59,369 bases of DNA from an uncultured Thermococci archaeon (GCA_964615185.1 CAZTOS010000004.1:1-59369), one strand, 5' to 3'. Counted from the first letter of the stretch, positions 31,461 to 42,133 are shown. The notes: generated from the sequence alone by a model not told the origin. Translations and numbers: made by a program.

Positions 31461-32597
31461 TTAGATTTTTGACAGAATTTCTTCATAAGTTTTTTCAATC
31501 CGTTCTGCAACTTTATCCCAGGAATATCTCTCTTCTACAGCCTTCCTCCCATTGCTTCCGAACCACTCTCTAAGATTATCATCAAGGAGGAGCTTTTGAA
31601 TTGCTTTTCTTAGCTCAAGTTCATTACCTGGAGGAACTAAAAGTCCACTTTCGCTTTCCTTTATAATCTCAGGAATTCCTCCCACATCTGTTGCAATGAC
31701 TGGTAAACCAGATGCCATCGCCTCTAAGATCACGATCCCAAATGCCTCAGCTGTTATTGAAGGAAGAACAAATATATCTGCCATTCCAAAAATCTTTGGT
31801 AACATCTTACCATCCACATATCCCAAAAACTTAACCCTATCTCCAATTCTCAGGAACTTTGCTTGTGCTCTTAAGAATGGAAGCATTTCCCCAGAGCCCA
31901 CCATAACCAAAGTTGCATCTTCAATTTCTGAGAAGGCATTGAGAAGAACATGAGGCCCTTTTCGATAGCTCATCCTGCTTACATACAGCACAACCCTATC
32001 TTCAATCCCAAACTCAGCTTTAATTTCTTCTTTATCCCAATTTGGCGTGAAAAGTTTGTCATCAACGCCGTTTGGGATGATTTCTATTGGAGTATCCGTA
32101 AAATGTCCTATAAAAGCTTTGGCAGCCTTGCTAACTGCAATTATCTTATGTGGGTACCGTAGGTAATTGCTGAACATCGAGAATGTTAAACCCAAGGCTT
32201 CCCAGAGCTTTGATTCATGAGCAAAAGAAATGCTGTGAGTTGTTAGTACTGTTGCTCTTCCCATCTCTCTTCCAGCTTTTGCTGCCTTTAAAGCCAAGGG
32301 GGTGAATGCATGATGGGAGTGAACGACATCAAAATCGCTTAAAAACTCATTAAGTTCTCTTGTAGATTTTAGGCTGTATGAGATATTCACTTCAAGAATT
32401 GGACTTACCACGCCAGGGATTCTTATGAGTTCAATTCCATTCTTTTCTAATTCTTCCTCCTTTCCAGTTTTTCTGTTATTTGTAACAATAGCAACTTCAT
32501 GTCCCATTTCTCTGAGTTTTAAGGCTAAGTGGTGCATATGACTTGCAACACCGCCAATTTTTGGATAGTACCAATCACTAACGAGGGCTATTCTCAT
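31461..32597 (-). CDS. GT4 glycosyltransferase, PIG-A-like
   Basis: VSDWYYPKIGGVASH, IPNGVD, EAFGIVILEAMASG. Confidence 0.92.
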   Translation of the reverse strand: MRIALVSDWYYPKIGGVASHMHHLALKLREMGHEVAIVTNNRKTGKEEELEKNGIELIRIPGVVSPILEVNISYSLKSTRELNEFLSDFDVVHSHHAFTPLALKAAKAGREMGRATVLTTHSISFAHESKLWEALGLTFSMFSNYLRYPHKIIAVSKAAKAFIGHFTDTPIEIIPNGVDDKLFTPNWDKEEIKAEFGIEDRVVLYVSRMSYRKGPHVLLNAFSEIEDATLVMVGSGEMLPFLRAQAKFLRIGDRVKFLGYVDGKMLPKIFGMADIFVLPSITAEAFGIVILEAMASGLPVIATDVGGIPEIIKESESGLLVPPGNELELRKAIQKLLLDDNLREWFGSNGRKAVEERYSWDKVAERIEKTYEEILSKI

Positions 32598-33498
32598 GTT
32601 TACCACCCTGGCTCAGACTCTCATAAAAAATAACCGCACCCACTATTGAATATATGTACTGAAAGAGGAATTTATAAATAAACGCTGTTATTGTGGCTTT
32701 TGTTGAGGCGCCAATTCCAAGAACGATTCCAAATTCATTTGCCCCAAATCCTGCAGGAATTCCACTAACGGAGGCAAAGAGTACGCTCATCAAAAATCCA
32801 TACAAAGCCTGTTTCATTGAGATTTCTAAGCTGAATGCTTTTCCAACTGTGATGATTCCAAAAACTTGGAGGAAAATTATAGCCACAGAAAGTAAGAAAG
32901 ACAGAAGAAAAACCGTCTTGTTTTCTTTTGCCTCACTCCATCCTTTATAGGTTCGCTCTAAATAGCTCCTAAGAGTTGAGATTAATCCTTTAAGTCCAAC
33001 ACTTTCCCAAAACTTCAGCAGGGAATCAAGAGCTTTGTATATGCCCTTTTCATAAATAAGAGCAATCAAAATAAGAACTAATCCAAAAATTCCAAGCTTT
33101 GTAAAGCCAACGAAGATAAGTGCAAATGACAGGACTACTAAAAATTCCGTGCTTAATCCAATTACAAGCGATGATAAAGCTTTGAAGTAATCTCCCCCAA
33201 CGAGCTTAACTTTTGCTATATGGCCTACACTTGGGGGAAGGATAGTCATTAGATAATAGCCACTTAAGAAAGCTTTAAGAGTTTTCTTAAAACTTGTTTC
33301 TTGAACTTCTCTTAAAAACAAATACCATCTAAGAGATGACAAAAGCACTGTAAAAACCGAGAGCATAAAAGCTACAAGAAGATACTCAGGGGAGGCACTT
33401 TTTAGAGCTAATTCAAGCTCATTAACATCAATGTTTTTATAGAGATATGTAAGTGAAATTAAGAGAGCAATTAAGGCAAACAACTTCTTTCCGTTCAT
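32578..33498 (-). CDS. Lysylphosphatidylglycerol-synthase TM / flippase-like membrane protein
   Basis: Multi-TM; SLRWYLFL and PAGFGANE motifs. Confidence 0.82.
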   Translation of the reverse strand: MNGKKLFALIALLISLTYLYKNIDVNELELALKSASPEYLLVAFMLSVFTVLLSSLRWYLFLREVQETSFKKTLKAFLSGYYLMTILPPSVGHIAKVKLVGGDYFKALSSLVIGLSTEFLVVLSFALIFVGFTKLGIFGLVLILIALIYEKGIYKALDSLLKFWESVGLKGLISTLRSYLERTYKGWSEAKENKTVFLLSFLLSVAIIFLQVFGIITVGKAFSLEISMKQALYGFLMSVLFASVSGIPAGFGANEFGIVLGIGASTKATITAFIYKFLFQYIYSIVGAVIFYESLSQGGKHENSPR

Positions 33499-33499
33499 G

Positions 33500-34294
33500 C
33501 TATGCCCCCACTAATGTCCTCAAAGCATGCAGAGCCAAAAGGAAAACAACAATTCCATCAAGAGTTCTGTAATTAACTTTGATTCCAACAACCATAATTC
33601 CTAAAGCCCCAAATGAGATATTTAAAGTTGCTAAGAGCAGGGCTATTGAGAGACCCGAAAACATTACAATGAGTTTTTCTGATAGGTTTTTACCGATAAC
33701 AATTGGTGTGGTTCTTAAATTTGCTTTTAAGTCACTTTCATAATCCTCAAGATGATTTCTCAGTTCCATTGCAAATGAATAAAATAAGAGTGCTAAACCT
33801 ATCGCAATTTCATATTTTGTTAAAACTCCATCAAAAAATGCTCCATAAAAGAATGGCATTGCTCCAAAGAATATTCCGTGGGATAGGACATCTAAGATGG
33901 GCTGAGCCTTAAGTCTCGGAGGTGCTGAGTAAAAGGTAGCCAGCAGTATCATCAAAATATAGGTTAAGAGCTCTTTGTATCCAAGAAAAGACGCAAATAA
34001 CACCCCTAAAATCGCAATTGTGATTGACGATAGAATCCCCATTCTGAAACTGAGCTCTCCACTGGCTATTGGGTTTTTATTTCTCTTTTTAGGGTTCATT
34101 AAATCAGTGTCTATATCAAAGCAGTTATTCACAGCAAAGGCATATGCGACGTACAATATCAGAGACATCAAGACCATGAAGGCACCTTTAAAATCAGGAT
34201 TATACTTAAGATTCATTATCAGACCGAGCAATCCCATACCTATGAACGATTTACCATCGATTATTCTCGTGTTTTTTATCACAGCTCGTAACAT
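33500..34294 (-). CDS. UbiA-family prenyltransferase
   Basis: NNCFDIDTD, KNPIASG, YSAPPRLK, NHLEDYESD. Confidence 0.88.
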   Translation of the reverse strand: MLRAVIKNTRIIDGKSFIGMGLLGLIMNLKYNPDFKGAFMVLMSLILYVAYAFAVNNCFDIDTDLMNPKKRNKNPIASGELSFRMGILSSITIAILGVLFASFLGYKELLTYILMILLATFYSAPPRLKAQPILDVLSHGIFFGAMPFFYGAFFDGVLTKYEIAIGLALLFYSFAMELRNHLEDYESDLKANLRTTPIVIGKNLSEKLIVMFSGLSIALLLATLNISFGALGIMVVGIKVNYRTLDGIVVFLLALHALRTLVGA

Positions 34295-34376
34295 AGCACC
34301 ACCGTTGAACATCTCTCGGAAAGGTTTATAAGTGTTTTCACTAAATTGTGAATAGGTATGAAGAAAAATTTTCATA

Positions 34377-34709
34377 GTGATTAGAATGGAGGAACTGTTA
34401 AAAGCCTTCACAAATACCCTTGGAAAATTTAAGCTTACCAGTTCGGAAATCGAGATATATTCCCTTCTTCTACAGGAGCAGTTGACACCAAGACAGATAG
34501 CAAAAAAGCTTAATTTGTCTGAAAGAATAGTTAGGGAGAAGCTTAAACACCTCCTTGAGCTGGGATTAGTTGAAAGGGAGCTAATAAATAGGGGATGGCT
34601 TGGCTATATCTACAAGGCTAAGGCTCCAAAGGAAGCATTGAATTCTCTTCTCTCTAAGATGGAAGAACTCATAAAAATCTTCGAAAAGGAAGCAAATAGG
34701 ATACTTTAA
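34377..34709 (+). CDS. TrmB-like winged-HTH transcriptional regulator
   Basis: [30 protein letters not shown]; divergent from the UbiA operon. Confidence 0.82.
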   Translation: MIRMEELLKAFTNTLGKFKLTSSEIEIYSLLLQEQLTPRQIAKKLNLSERIVREKLKHLLELGLVERELINRGWLGYIYKAKAPKEALNSLLSKMEELIKIFEKEANRIL

Positions 34710-35542
34710 AGATTAAGCTTTCCCTCCAGTAAATCTCTAACGTATTTTGGCATTTGGAACAGAGTTTCATGCTTTTCGGGATCATAATAAATAAGTTCAA
34801 GCTGCCTTGCCCTTTCCAAATCTATCCTCTCAAAGTCAACATTACCCTTAACTCCAACTAAGAAGCTCCATGGTGAAGCATAGCCAATCACTGGAAAGCT
34901 GAAGTAGTAAACCTTGTCAAACGCCTTTTTCATGGCTTTATGAGCATCTAACAGCTCATTTGTAAAGAGGTAAACACTGCCAGCTTGTGTTATGAGAATC
35001 CCATCATCATTCAATGCATTGTACGCAGCCCTATAGAATTCTTCGCTGAATAACTGCCTTGCTGGTCCAACTGGATCTGTTGAGTCAACAATTACTATGT
35101 CAAACTTCTCGTTAGTATTTTTCACGAATTCAACCCCATCACCAATGACAACTTCCGCTCTCGGGTCATCAAACGCTCCCCTATCAATGCCAAGATAAAT
35201 CTTTGAAATCTCAACAACCATTTCATCAATCTCGACCATAACAGCTTTTTCAACAGTTTTGTGTTTTAAAACTTCTCTAAGTGTGCCTCCATCACCGCCA
35301 CCAATGACGAGGACTTTTCTTGGATTGGGATGAGCTAACAAAGCGGGATGAACTAAGGGTTCGTGGTAGCTTTCCTCTCCCTGCTCTACTAACTGAACAG
35401 TTCCCTCTAAAACCAAAAGCTTTCCAAATCCTTCAGTCTCATAAATTTCAATTCTCTGGTACATGCTTTGGGTCTCAAACAGCTTTTCCTTAATTTTGAA
35501 TGCAACCCCGTAACCTCTTGGATACCACTCTATGAAATGCAT
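34706..35542 (-). CDS. speE: Polyamine aminopropyltransferase (spermidine synthase family)
   Basis: [25 protein letters not shown]. Confidence 0.95.
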   Translation of the reverse strand: MHFIEWYPRGYGVAFKIKEKLFETQSMYQRIEIYETEGFGKLLVLEGTVQLVEQGEESYHEPLVHPALLAHPNPRKVLVIGGGDGGTLREVLKHKTVEKAVMVEIDEMVVEISKIYLGIDRGAFDDPRAEVVIGDGVEFVKNTNEKFDIVIVDSTDPVGPARQLFSEEFYRAAYNALNDDGILITQAGSVYLFTNELLDAHKAMKKAFDKVYYFSFPVIGYASPWSFLVGVKGNVDFERIDLERARQLELIYYDPEKHETLFQMPKYVRDLLEGKLNL

Positions 35543-35556
35543 CCATCTTCACCCTG

Positions 35557-35937
35557 CTGACCTCCTCCCCTTTGCGAGGGTTCTAACGAGTTAACCCCTC
35601 GCCATTGACGGGGAGGTTTGCGGGCTCATAACCTACTCCCGTTGCCGGTTTCGGCTCAGCCCATAGGCCCGGTCTTGGGCCCGTTACCCCTACCGCAGAG
35701 CGGATTGGGGTTATGGTTTAAAGGCCACCCATTGGAGTTTTCAACCGCTTGAAAGCGGTTTTGAAAGGACGCCTTACGGCGTCATCCCTCCCAACGGGAG
35801 GGACACGATAAACCTCTCATCTCATCGGGTTGTTCTTTGGTGGCCTCTCCGAGGCCCTATTACGTTGCAAGAGTTTAAAAGGGTTTCGATTTATAAAGAG
35901 CCGGATTCTCAATTACTGCATCCCCGCCCCGAGACTT
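35557..35937 (-). mobile_element. Non-autonomous IS200/IS605-like element with internal promoter and omega-RNA-like 3' end (copy 2)
   Basis: Colinear with 5628-6009: AAGTCTCG start, CTTTTAAACTCTTG promoter, GACGCC-loop-GGCGTC, TAGGGGTAACGGG, CAAACCTCCC.GTCAATGGCGAGGGGTTAACTCGTT, end GGAGGAGGTCAG. Confidence 0.8.
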
Positions 35938-36052
35938 TCAAGAGAAAAAGTAACATATCTCCATATTTTAGTTTTAAACTTAATGAAAACTAAGGCTATA
36001 AATCAGCTTTCAGAAAAAGACAAAAAGCTGAAAATAACGAAAGTAAAAAGAT

Positions 36053-36436
36053 TTAATCCTCAAAAAGCAATCCCCTGTCAAGCTTAACGATTGTTGGTCT
36101 TCTGCATTTAAGCTCTTTGATTATATATTCACCGGCTTTCAGTGGCATTGTGTGGTCGCCACATGTATAGACATCAACTGCTGCATACCCGTGTTCTGGC
36201 CACGTATGAATTGCGATGTGGCTTTCAGAAACGACAACAACACCAGAAACACCTTGAGGGGAGAATTTGTGAAACCTCTTGTCAATAATTGTGGAATTTG
36301 CTATTTCAGCCGCTTTAGTTAAAATTTCCTCTATCTTTTCTATATCGTCCAGAATGTGGGGATCGCATTCGTATAAATCTAAGACAACGTGCATTCCAAT
36401 AGGATTGTCCACAGTGCCCTTGGTCATCGCCCTCAC
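36053..36436 (-). CDS. speH: S-adenosylmethionine decarboxylase proenzyme
   Basis: FSPQGVSG, VSESHIAIHTWPEHGYAAVDVYTCG. Confidence 0.95.
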   Translation of the reverse strand: MRAMTKGTVDNPIGMHVVLDLYECDPHILDDIEKIEEILTKAAEIANSTIIDKRFHKFSPQGVSGVVVVSESHIAIHTWPEHGYAAVDVYTCGDHTMPLKAGEYIIKELKCRRPTIVKLDRGLLFED

Positions 36437-36467
36437 CTCCCTCCATCTACATCACCTCCCTTGGGAT

Positions 36468-36941
36468 TCAATATGGGAACATTACCACAGCAGCAACAAC
36501 AGCAGCAGGTTTATTCCTTACCGTTATCTCAGCGGCAGCGACTTTGAATTCTTTAAGCTTCCATCCTCTAACTCTAAAGCCTTCTTCGACCATTCTTCTT
36601 ACCATCTCTGTTGCTTCGTCTTTTGTACAGTATCCGCTGTATTCATATATTAGTCCTCCCTGGTTTCCCTCACTTATTCCAACTCCTAAAGCTGCACTTA
36701 TTGTTGTCCCTGGTTCATCACTTTCAATATGAGCATAAACTGTAGGAAGTAGCATTCCAATTGGAACCTCCGGAACTTTCTCAATCCACTCTATATGAGA
36801 TGGAATAACACTGCTGAGTTTAACGAGATTAACATTTCCTATCCCCATCTTAAGTAGAGCATTGTCAAATGCATTTAACTTAGTCCCACCCTCAGCGCTC
36901 GCGGCAAGCATAATTGCTTTTTTCGGCGTTGTCCAGCTCAT
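36468..36941 (-). CDS. pdaD: Pyruvoyl-dependent arginine decarboxylase
   Basis: LNAFDNAL, GNVNLVKLSSVIP self-cleavage site. Confidence 0.93.
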   Translation of the reverse strand: MSWTTPKKAIMLAASAEGGTKLNAFDNALLKMGIGNVNLVKLSSVIPSHIEWIEKVPEVPIGMLLPTVYAHIESDEPGTTISAALGVGISEGNQGGLIYEYSGYCTKDEATEMVRRMVEEGFRVRGWKLKEFKVAAAEITVRNKPAAVVAAVVMFPY

Positions 36942-37164
36942 CTCTCTTTACCTCCCATTTTGGCTATTTTTAACCACTTAATCCCAATTTTAATAAAAAT
37001 TATTGCGAAATTTTAGGTTCAATTAATCCATACTTGGCAGTTTACTTATAAGTCTTTCGCTTTCAGTCAAAATTTAAAATAGCCAATAAATATTTAATCA
37101 CTTTCAAAATAACCAAGAATAAACCAATTAAAAGAAAAACAAACAGCTAAAAACAGTTTTTGCT

Positions 37165-38313
37165 TCATGTTTCTTTACTGTTAATATGAGATATAACCCT
37201 GCCAATCGTCGCTGAAACAAAAATTCCCATGATACTTGCAAGAGATGCAAGTGCATACATGTGCTGGCTTAAAACTCCATATGTATATCCTATTTCACCA
37301 ACCAAGAGACCTAAAACTCCAAAGCTTGCAACTCCGGCTCCTCTGGCCAATGATGTCTTGAGGTCATGCTCCCAAAGGAGAATTGTTGTAAGGAGAACTC
37401 TAACTAAGTAAATCACCACAAAGAAGTATACAACCTCAAGAGAAAACTCGGTCTCAAAATTTATCCCCCTCCAGGCAAAGAAAATCGGGGCAAATATTCC
37501 GTATGTGACACCTGATATTATCGTGTGAAGTCTCTCATACTGCTTCGTTCCGACTAAGTCGCTGTGAAGGATTAAGCCTACTAAGAACGCCCCAATGCTG
37601 AAATGGAGACCAATCTCCTCACTTATTAAAGCCAAAGAAGTTGCAAGGATCATCACCAGTCCAAATACTGCTTCATCGCTCTTTAATCTCCTTAATGCTC
37701 TTATAATCCAAACTTTGTGCTGAATCCCAATGAAGTAATTCAATCCAAGCACAGTTCCTAAAAACACTATATCCTTGATAAGCTCAAAGAGAAGCTCTGT
37801 ATAACTTAAGTGGTGTAACTCAAAATTTATAAGCAGATATAGAATTACCAAACTCCCAACTTCGCTAATAACTGCATATGAAAGAGCCACATGGAGAAAT
37901 TCTTGACCAAAAAACCTTGTGAATCTGATGACAATTGGTGCAGATGCAACAGCAAGTATTGATGCCACTATCAAATTGTCTGTTGAAAAGCTGTAATTTG
38001 TGAATGGCAAGGTTAAAAACAACATGGTTACATATGTTACAATATATATCGGCAGGCTTTTCTTCCCTCCAAGGTGGATTTCTTCAGGGGTTAGCTCAAG
38101 ACCAGCATAGAGCATAAGAAAAAACACACCCAACTCTGCCAAAAGAACCATCCCTTCTCTTGGAAGATTCATTAAGAGTACCCCAAGCAGAAGTCCAGCA
38201 CTTATTTCCCCAAGAAACCCGGGATATCCTAATCTCTCAAAAATTTCAGCCAGAATTCTTGCCACTGCGATGATTATAAAGACATACCCTATAACATCCA
38301 CATAGATCCCCAT
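37165..38313 (-). CDS. Cation:proton antiporter (CPA2/NapA-like)
   Basis: Multi-TM; GEISAGLLLG, LGVFFLMLYAGLE, IGAFLVGL. Confidence 0.88.
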   Translation of the reverse strand: MGIYVDVIGYVFIIIAVARILAEIFERLGYPGFLGEISAGLLLGVLLMNLPREGMVLLAELGVFFLMLYAGLELTPEEIHLGGKKSLPIYIVTYVTMLFLTLPFTNYSFSTDNLIVASILAVASAPIVIRFTRFFGQEFLHVALSYAVISEVGSLVILYLLINFELHHLSYTELLFELIKDIVFLGTVLGLNYFIGIQHKVWIIRALRRLKSDEAVFGLVMILATSLALISEEIGLHFSIGAFLVGLILHSDLVGTKQYERLHTIISGVTYGIFAPIFFAWRGINFETEFSLEVVYFFVVIYLVRVLLTTILLWEHDLKTSLARGAGVASFGVLGLLVGEIGYTYGVLSQHMYALASLASIMGIFVSATIGRVISHINSKET

Positions 38314-38452
38314 TTAGTTATGAAAAAACATTATTAAAAAATTTTCGGAAAATTCCCTACACTATGAGATCAATTTTTAGATTAATGTCAAAATTTCGAA
38401 CATTAATTCGCAAAGTTTATTATCATGGCATCCTAATATGCTCCGATGCACT

Positions 38453-38860
38453 ATGAGGCACTATGAGATTATAAAGATAAAAGAAGATGGCAAGGTAACG
38501 ATTCCATTAGAGTTCGCATATGAGGTTGGATTATTGAAGGATGCATACTTTTTAGTTGAAATTGACACCGATTTAAAGGAACTGCATTTGGAACGAGTCG
38601 CCCTTCCCGGGAAAAAACTTGTTGAGATTGAGCTTGTAGTTGAAGATAAACCAGGTGTTCTCGCAAAGATAAGTGGAGTTCTTGGACGAAACCGAGCAAA
38701 TATTCTTTTTAGTGAAGCGGAAGAACTTGAGGGAATAGGGCTTGCTGCCATTATAGCTGTCATTGATGTTAGTGAGATGAAAATCGGCCTTGAAGAACTC
38801 AAAGCCGAGTTGGAAAATGTTGAAGAAGTGAAAGAGATAACATTAAAAGCTCTGGAGTAA
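38453..38860 (+). CDS. AbrB-like plus ACT domain protein
   Basis: EDGKVTIP and EDKPGVLAKIS. Confidence 0.82.
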   Translation: MRHYEIIKIKEDGKVTIPLEFAYEVGLLKDAYFLVEIDTDLKELHLERVALPGKKLVEIELVVEDKPGVLAKISGVLGRNRANILFSEAEELEGIGLAAIIAVIDVSEMKIGLEELKAELENVEEVKEITLKALE

Positions 38861-40369
38861 CAAAACCAGCAAAAACAATGAATAGAGAACCATGTATGCA
38901 TTTACCTCCCTTCCAATTTCTTCCATGCTTTCTCCAAAATACTTTTTTAGAGTTATATTGAAAAATCCAACTCTCTGCAATAGCCAAAAAGTCAATATTG
39001 CAACTAAAATAACCAATAAATCCCTATATGAGATTACCAGACCAAAATACACTCCAAAAGCTAAAGTTAATACTGCGATGATTAATGAAAGCACTTTCTG
39101 TGTTAAATCGCTTTTAACTGCTTTTCCTTGCTTCATCAGATAGTAGTTCAACTTGGTAAACGATACGAGCGTTCCAACTCCAGCTATGTAGAACAGATAC
39201 AACTGAATTCCACTGAGATTGGATAAGAGAAGCTTTTTTCCAAAAGCCCCCACAAAGGGGGATATCCCTCCAATTGCCAAGCTGAGCATTATTATGCTTA
39301 TCATCAAAATTTTATCGTGTCTGTATGTGAGACTTTCCAAATCTTTTGTTTTTTGAGCGTTTATCAATGTTCCAATACTTAAAAAAAGTCCACCTTTAAA
39401 TAGAGTGTGGGCAAAGGCATAATAAATTGCTCCAAGAGGATTTGATGTGGCTATACCCAAAAGCACATAACCCATCTGGGAAACTGTATGATATGCCAAT
39501 AGGCGCTTTGCATTCTTCTGGAGAAGGGCAAAAATAACTCCAATCAGCATTGATGAGAACGCTATAAGTGTAAGTAAGTTTAAGAGCGATTTTCTAATTG
39601 GCAGAGCAAGATATAAAAGCAGCATCCCATAGATTGGGGCTTTAACAACAATTCCAGAGAGCAAAGCACTTATCGGATTTGGGGCCTTTGAGTGGGCATC
39701 TGGGAGCCAAAAGTGAAGTGGGAAAATTCCAGCCTTCAAAATTAAAGCAGAGAAAGCAACTGCCAAAGCAACATTAATTTCTCTTGAGACAGTAACACTG
39801 CTCTTTATTAGCTCAACATTCAGATAACCAGTTTTTAAATAAATTATGCCAATTGCAAAGATGAAAAGATAGGATGCTACAAGGGAAAATGCTAAGTATT
39901 TATATGCCGCTTTTTTCGCTCCTTTTTCATCTGATAGGGCTACTAAAGCAAAAGAGGATACTGAGGCAACTTCCATATAAATATAGTAGTTGAACAAATC
40001 TCTGCTGATGAAAGCTCCCAATAGCCCAGCATGCATTAAAAGTAAAAGTGCATAAATCTTCCCATTTTTTGCACGCTGTTTGAAGTAACTCATTGAATAA
40101 ACAGCCACAAGGGAGAACAGAATTAATTCAGCTAATATAAAGTAGAAATTGTAAATGTCAAGAGAAACCTGTATTCCAGCTTCTTTTGCGTGATTCCCAA
40201 CAATTTCACTCAGAGGTAACTTTGTGGCAGTATGAATGAAAATCACCCATGGCAAGAGAATTCCAGCCAAAAAGACTGATTTAATTTTCCCTTCTTTAAC
40301 CTTCAAAGTTTCAAAAAGGGTAACCAGAAATGCTACAAGCAAGGGAAGAGCGACTAAAATAGGAATCAC
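38843..40369 (-). CDS. mnhD: Mrp antiporter subunit D (MbhH-like)
   Basis: DLFNYYIYME, KAGIFPLHFWLPDAH, KRLLAYHTVSQMG. Confidence 0.92.
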   Translation of the reverse strand: MIPILVALPLLVAFLVTLFETLKVKEGKIKSVFLAGILLPWVIFIHTATKLPLSEIVGNHAKEAGIQVSLDIYNFYFILAELILFSLVAVYSMSYFKQRAKNGKIYALLLLMHAGLLGAFISRDLFNYYIYMEVASVSSFALVALSDEKGAKKAAYKYLAFSLVASYLFIFAIGIIYLKTGYLNVELIKSSVTVSREINVALAVAFSALILKAGIFPLHFWLPDAHSKAPNPISALLSGIVVKAPIYGMLLLYLALPIRKSLLNLLTLIAFSSMLIGVIFALLQKNAKRLLAYHTVSQMGYVLLGIATSNPLGAIYYAFAHTLFKGGLFLSIGTLINAQKTKDLESLTYRHDKILMISIIMLSLAIGGISPFVGAFGKKLLLSNLSGIQLYLFYIAGVGTLVSFTKLNYYLMKQGKAVKSDLTQKVLSLIIAVLTLAFGVYFGLVISYRDLLVILVAILTFWLLQRVGFFNITLKKYFGESMEEIGREVNAYMVLYSLFLLVLLLQSF

Positions 40370-40665
40370 CTCTCCTCCCTCCTCATTCTCAAAATCAACG
40401 CTAAGGCTAAAGATGTAATCGCAACATCAACCACAAGCGTTGTTAGCATCAAAGTTGCAGGCAAGGGATCAACAACTGCTTGTTGAGGCAGAATCGGTAC
40501 TTCTGCATTTTCCACATACCCAGTTCCTACAAAAAATAGAACCAATCCAGTTGAGATTACATTAATTGCCAGAACTTGCTTGATTAAATTCCTCTTTGTT
40601 ATCAGCCCATATAAGCCAATTAGCATGATCACTATTCCAGCTGTTTCGGCATTAATCACTTTCAA
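40366..40665 (-). CDS. mnhC: Mrp subunit C (MbhG-like)
   Basis: NLIKQV, DPLPATLMLTTLVV. Confidence 0.9.
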   Translation of the reverse strand: MKVINAETAGIVIMLIGLYGLITKRNLIKQVLAINVISTGLVLFFVGTGYVENAEVPILPQQAVVDPLPATLMLTTLVVDVAITSLALALILRMRREER

Positions 40666-41074
40666 CCCACCTCAGCAAGATGTAAAATAGGAATGTAAAA
40701 GCTGCCCCAACTTTCAGCCCAACTGCTATATTAAAGAGTGGAACTATTCCCCCACTCAAAAGTGACCCAAATTTCCCTCCATTTAGAAAGTTGTAGAAAA
40801 ATCCCCCAAACAACACTCCCACTAAACCAATGCACACAAGAGAAACTGCTGAAGAACTCTCTATAATGCCAACTTCTTTGAATTTGAATCTCTTCCTAAC
40901 CTTTTTGTATCCATGTGATGTTATGAGGAGTATGACACTAACTGCCAGTATAACACCTGCTTGAAATCCCCCTCCAGGGCTTAAATGCCCATACACCATC
41001 AGATAAGCTGCATAAGTTACAAGAAAAGGACTGACAAGCTTTGTGGTTGTTCGCACAACTGTGCTCATCTTCAT
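40652..41074 (-). CDS. mnhB: Mrp subunit B (MbhF-like)
   Basis: GHLSPGGGFQAG. Confidence 0.9.
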   Translation of the reverse strand: MKMSTVVRTTTKLVSPFLVTYAAYLMVYGHLSPGGGFQAGVILAVSVILLITSHGYKKVRKRFKFKEVGIIESSSAVSLVCIGLVGVLFGGFFYNFLNGGKFGSLLSGGIVPLFNIAVGLKVGAAFTFLFYILLRWVESD

Positions 41075-41316
41075 TTTTTCTTACCCCCCAACAACAAATA
41101 AAATCCACTAACGGCAGTAAAAAGCAGAGTTGCTTCTCCAATGCTGTCATAAGCACGCCAATCAGCTAAGATTGCCATCACAAGATTTGGAACGTTCACC
41201 TCTTGCCAGTGCAAAATGTAATATTCGTAACTTCCCCCTTCTACCTTTGAATAATCCAGCTGCAAAAATATGAGTGCCAATGAAAGGACAATTAGGACTC
41301 CAATAATTCTCTTCAC
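41071..41316 (-). CDS. Mrp subunit, MbhE-like
   Basis: NLVMAILADWRAYDSIGE. Confidence 0.87.
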   Translation of the reverse strand: MKRIIGVLIVLSLALIFLQLDYSKVEGGSYEYYILHWQEVNVPNLVMAILADWRAYDSIGEATLLFTAVSGFYLLLGGKKK

Positions 41317-41561
41317 TTCTTTATCCCCTCCGACTTTTCTACCTCCTCTATCGTGAACAGAAAAATCCCAATAACCATGGCTCCAACGACTATAGCAGAT
41401 AAAGCAACATCCGGAGCTTTAAGCTGAAAGAGGACAAGGATAAAGACTAAGCTGAGCAGGGCATACTTAACTACTGCACTAATTAGGTCATTCTCTTCAA
41501 TTACAGCTATTGCTATGACTATCATAACAAACAGTAAAAACTCATGGATTATCCCAAGCAT
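41313..41561 (-). CDS. Mrp subunit, MbhD-like (DUF4040)
   Basis: LKAPDVAL. Confidence 0.87.
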   Translation of the reverse strand: MLGIIHEFLLFVMIVIAIAVIEENDLISAVVKYALLSLVFILVLFQLKAPDVALSAIVVGAMVIGIFLFTIEEVEKSEGIKK

Positions 41562-41856
41562 ACATATCCACCACTACTTTTGGTTTTATCCCATATTTGT
41601 AAGCCCCCTTAGCTATTGCATGAGAAATCATGGGGTTTATCAAAGCTATGAGGAATGCCAAGACAAGTAGCTTAAGTTTGATGAAAACAGAGGCATCAGT
41701 GTAGAGCGCCAAAGCTAAGAGAATTGTCATGGCACCACCAGTATCACACTTCGTAGCCGCATGCAGTCGAGTATAGACGTCAGGAAAGCGAATTATCCCC
41801 AGAGCTCCAAATATCATTATAACTTCCCCAAAGGCTAAAAGAAGGTATTCAATCAC
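41542..41856 (-). CDS. mnhG: Mrp subunit G (MbhC-like)
   Basis: RFPDVYTRLHAATK. Confidence 0.9.
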   Translation of the reverse strand: MIEYLLLAFGEVIMIFGALGIIRFPDVYTRLHAATKCDTGGAMTILLALALYTDASVFIKLKLLVLAFLIALINPMISHAIAKGAYKYGIKPKVVVDMYAWDNP

Positions 41857-42133
41857 CTCTTCCCCTCCTCTCCAAATATTTTGACAAAATCAGCCCACCA
41901 ACTGCATTGACCATTAAAAGAACAACCGCTAAGTCTATCAGAAAATACTGCTTGCTAATTACTGAAAGGATTGCTATCATTATAACCACCTTTGTGGTTA
42001 TCGTGTTTAGTCCAACTATTCTATCGGGCAAAGTGGGACCGAAGAGCACTCGGTAGGTTAGCAAGATACTTGTGAACATCAGAACCAAAACTCCCCATCC
42101 AAAAGGTGTTACCAGAAGATTTTCTTCAACCAT
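41849..42133 (-). CDS. mnhF: Mrp subunit F (MbhB-like)
   Basis: GPTLPDRIVGLN. Confidence 0.9.
   Translation of the reverse strand: MVEENLLVTPFGWGVLVLMFTSILLTYRVLFGPTLPDRIVGLNTITTKVVIMIAILSVISKQYFLIDLAVVLLMVNAVGGLILSKYLERRGRGD

Noticed and set aside
35830..36087. 85-aa plus-strand ORF
   Set aside because: Spans the element end and intergenic DNA; no RBS or protein family features
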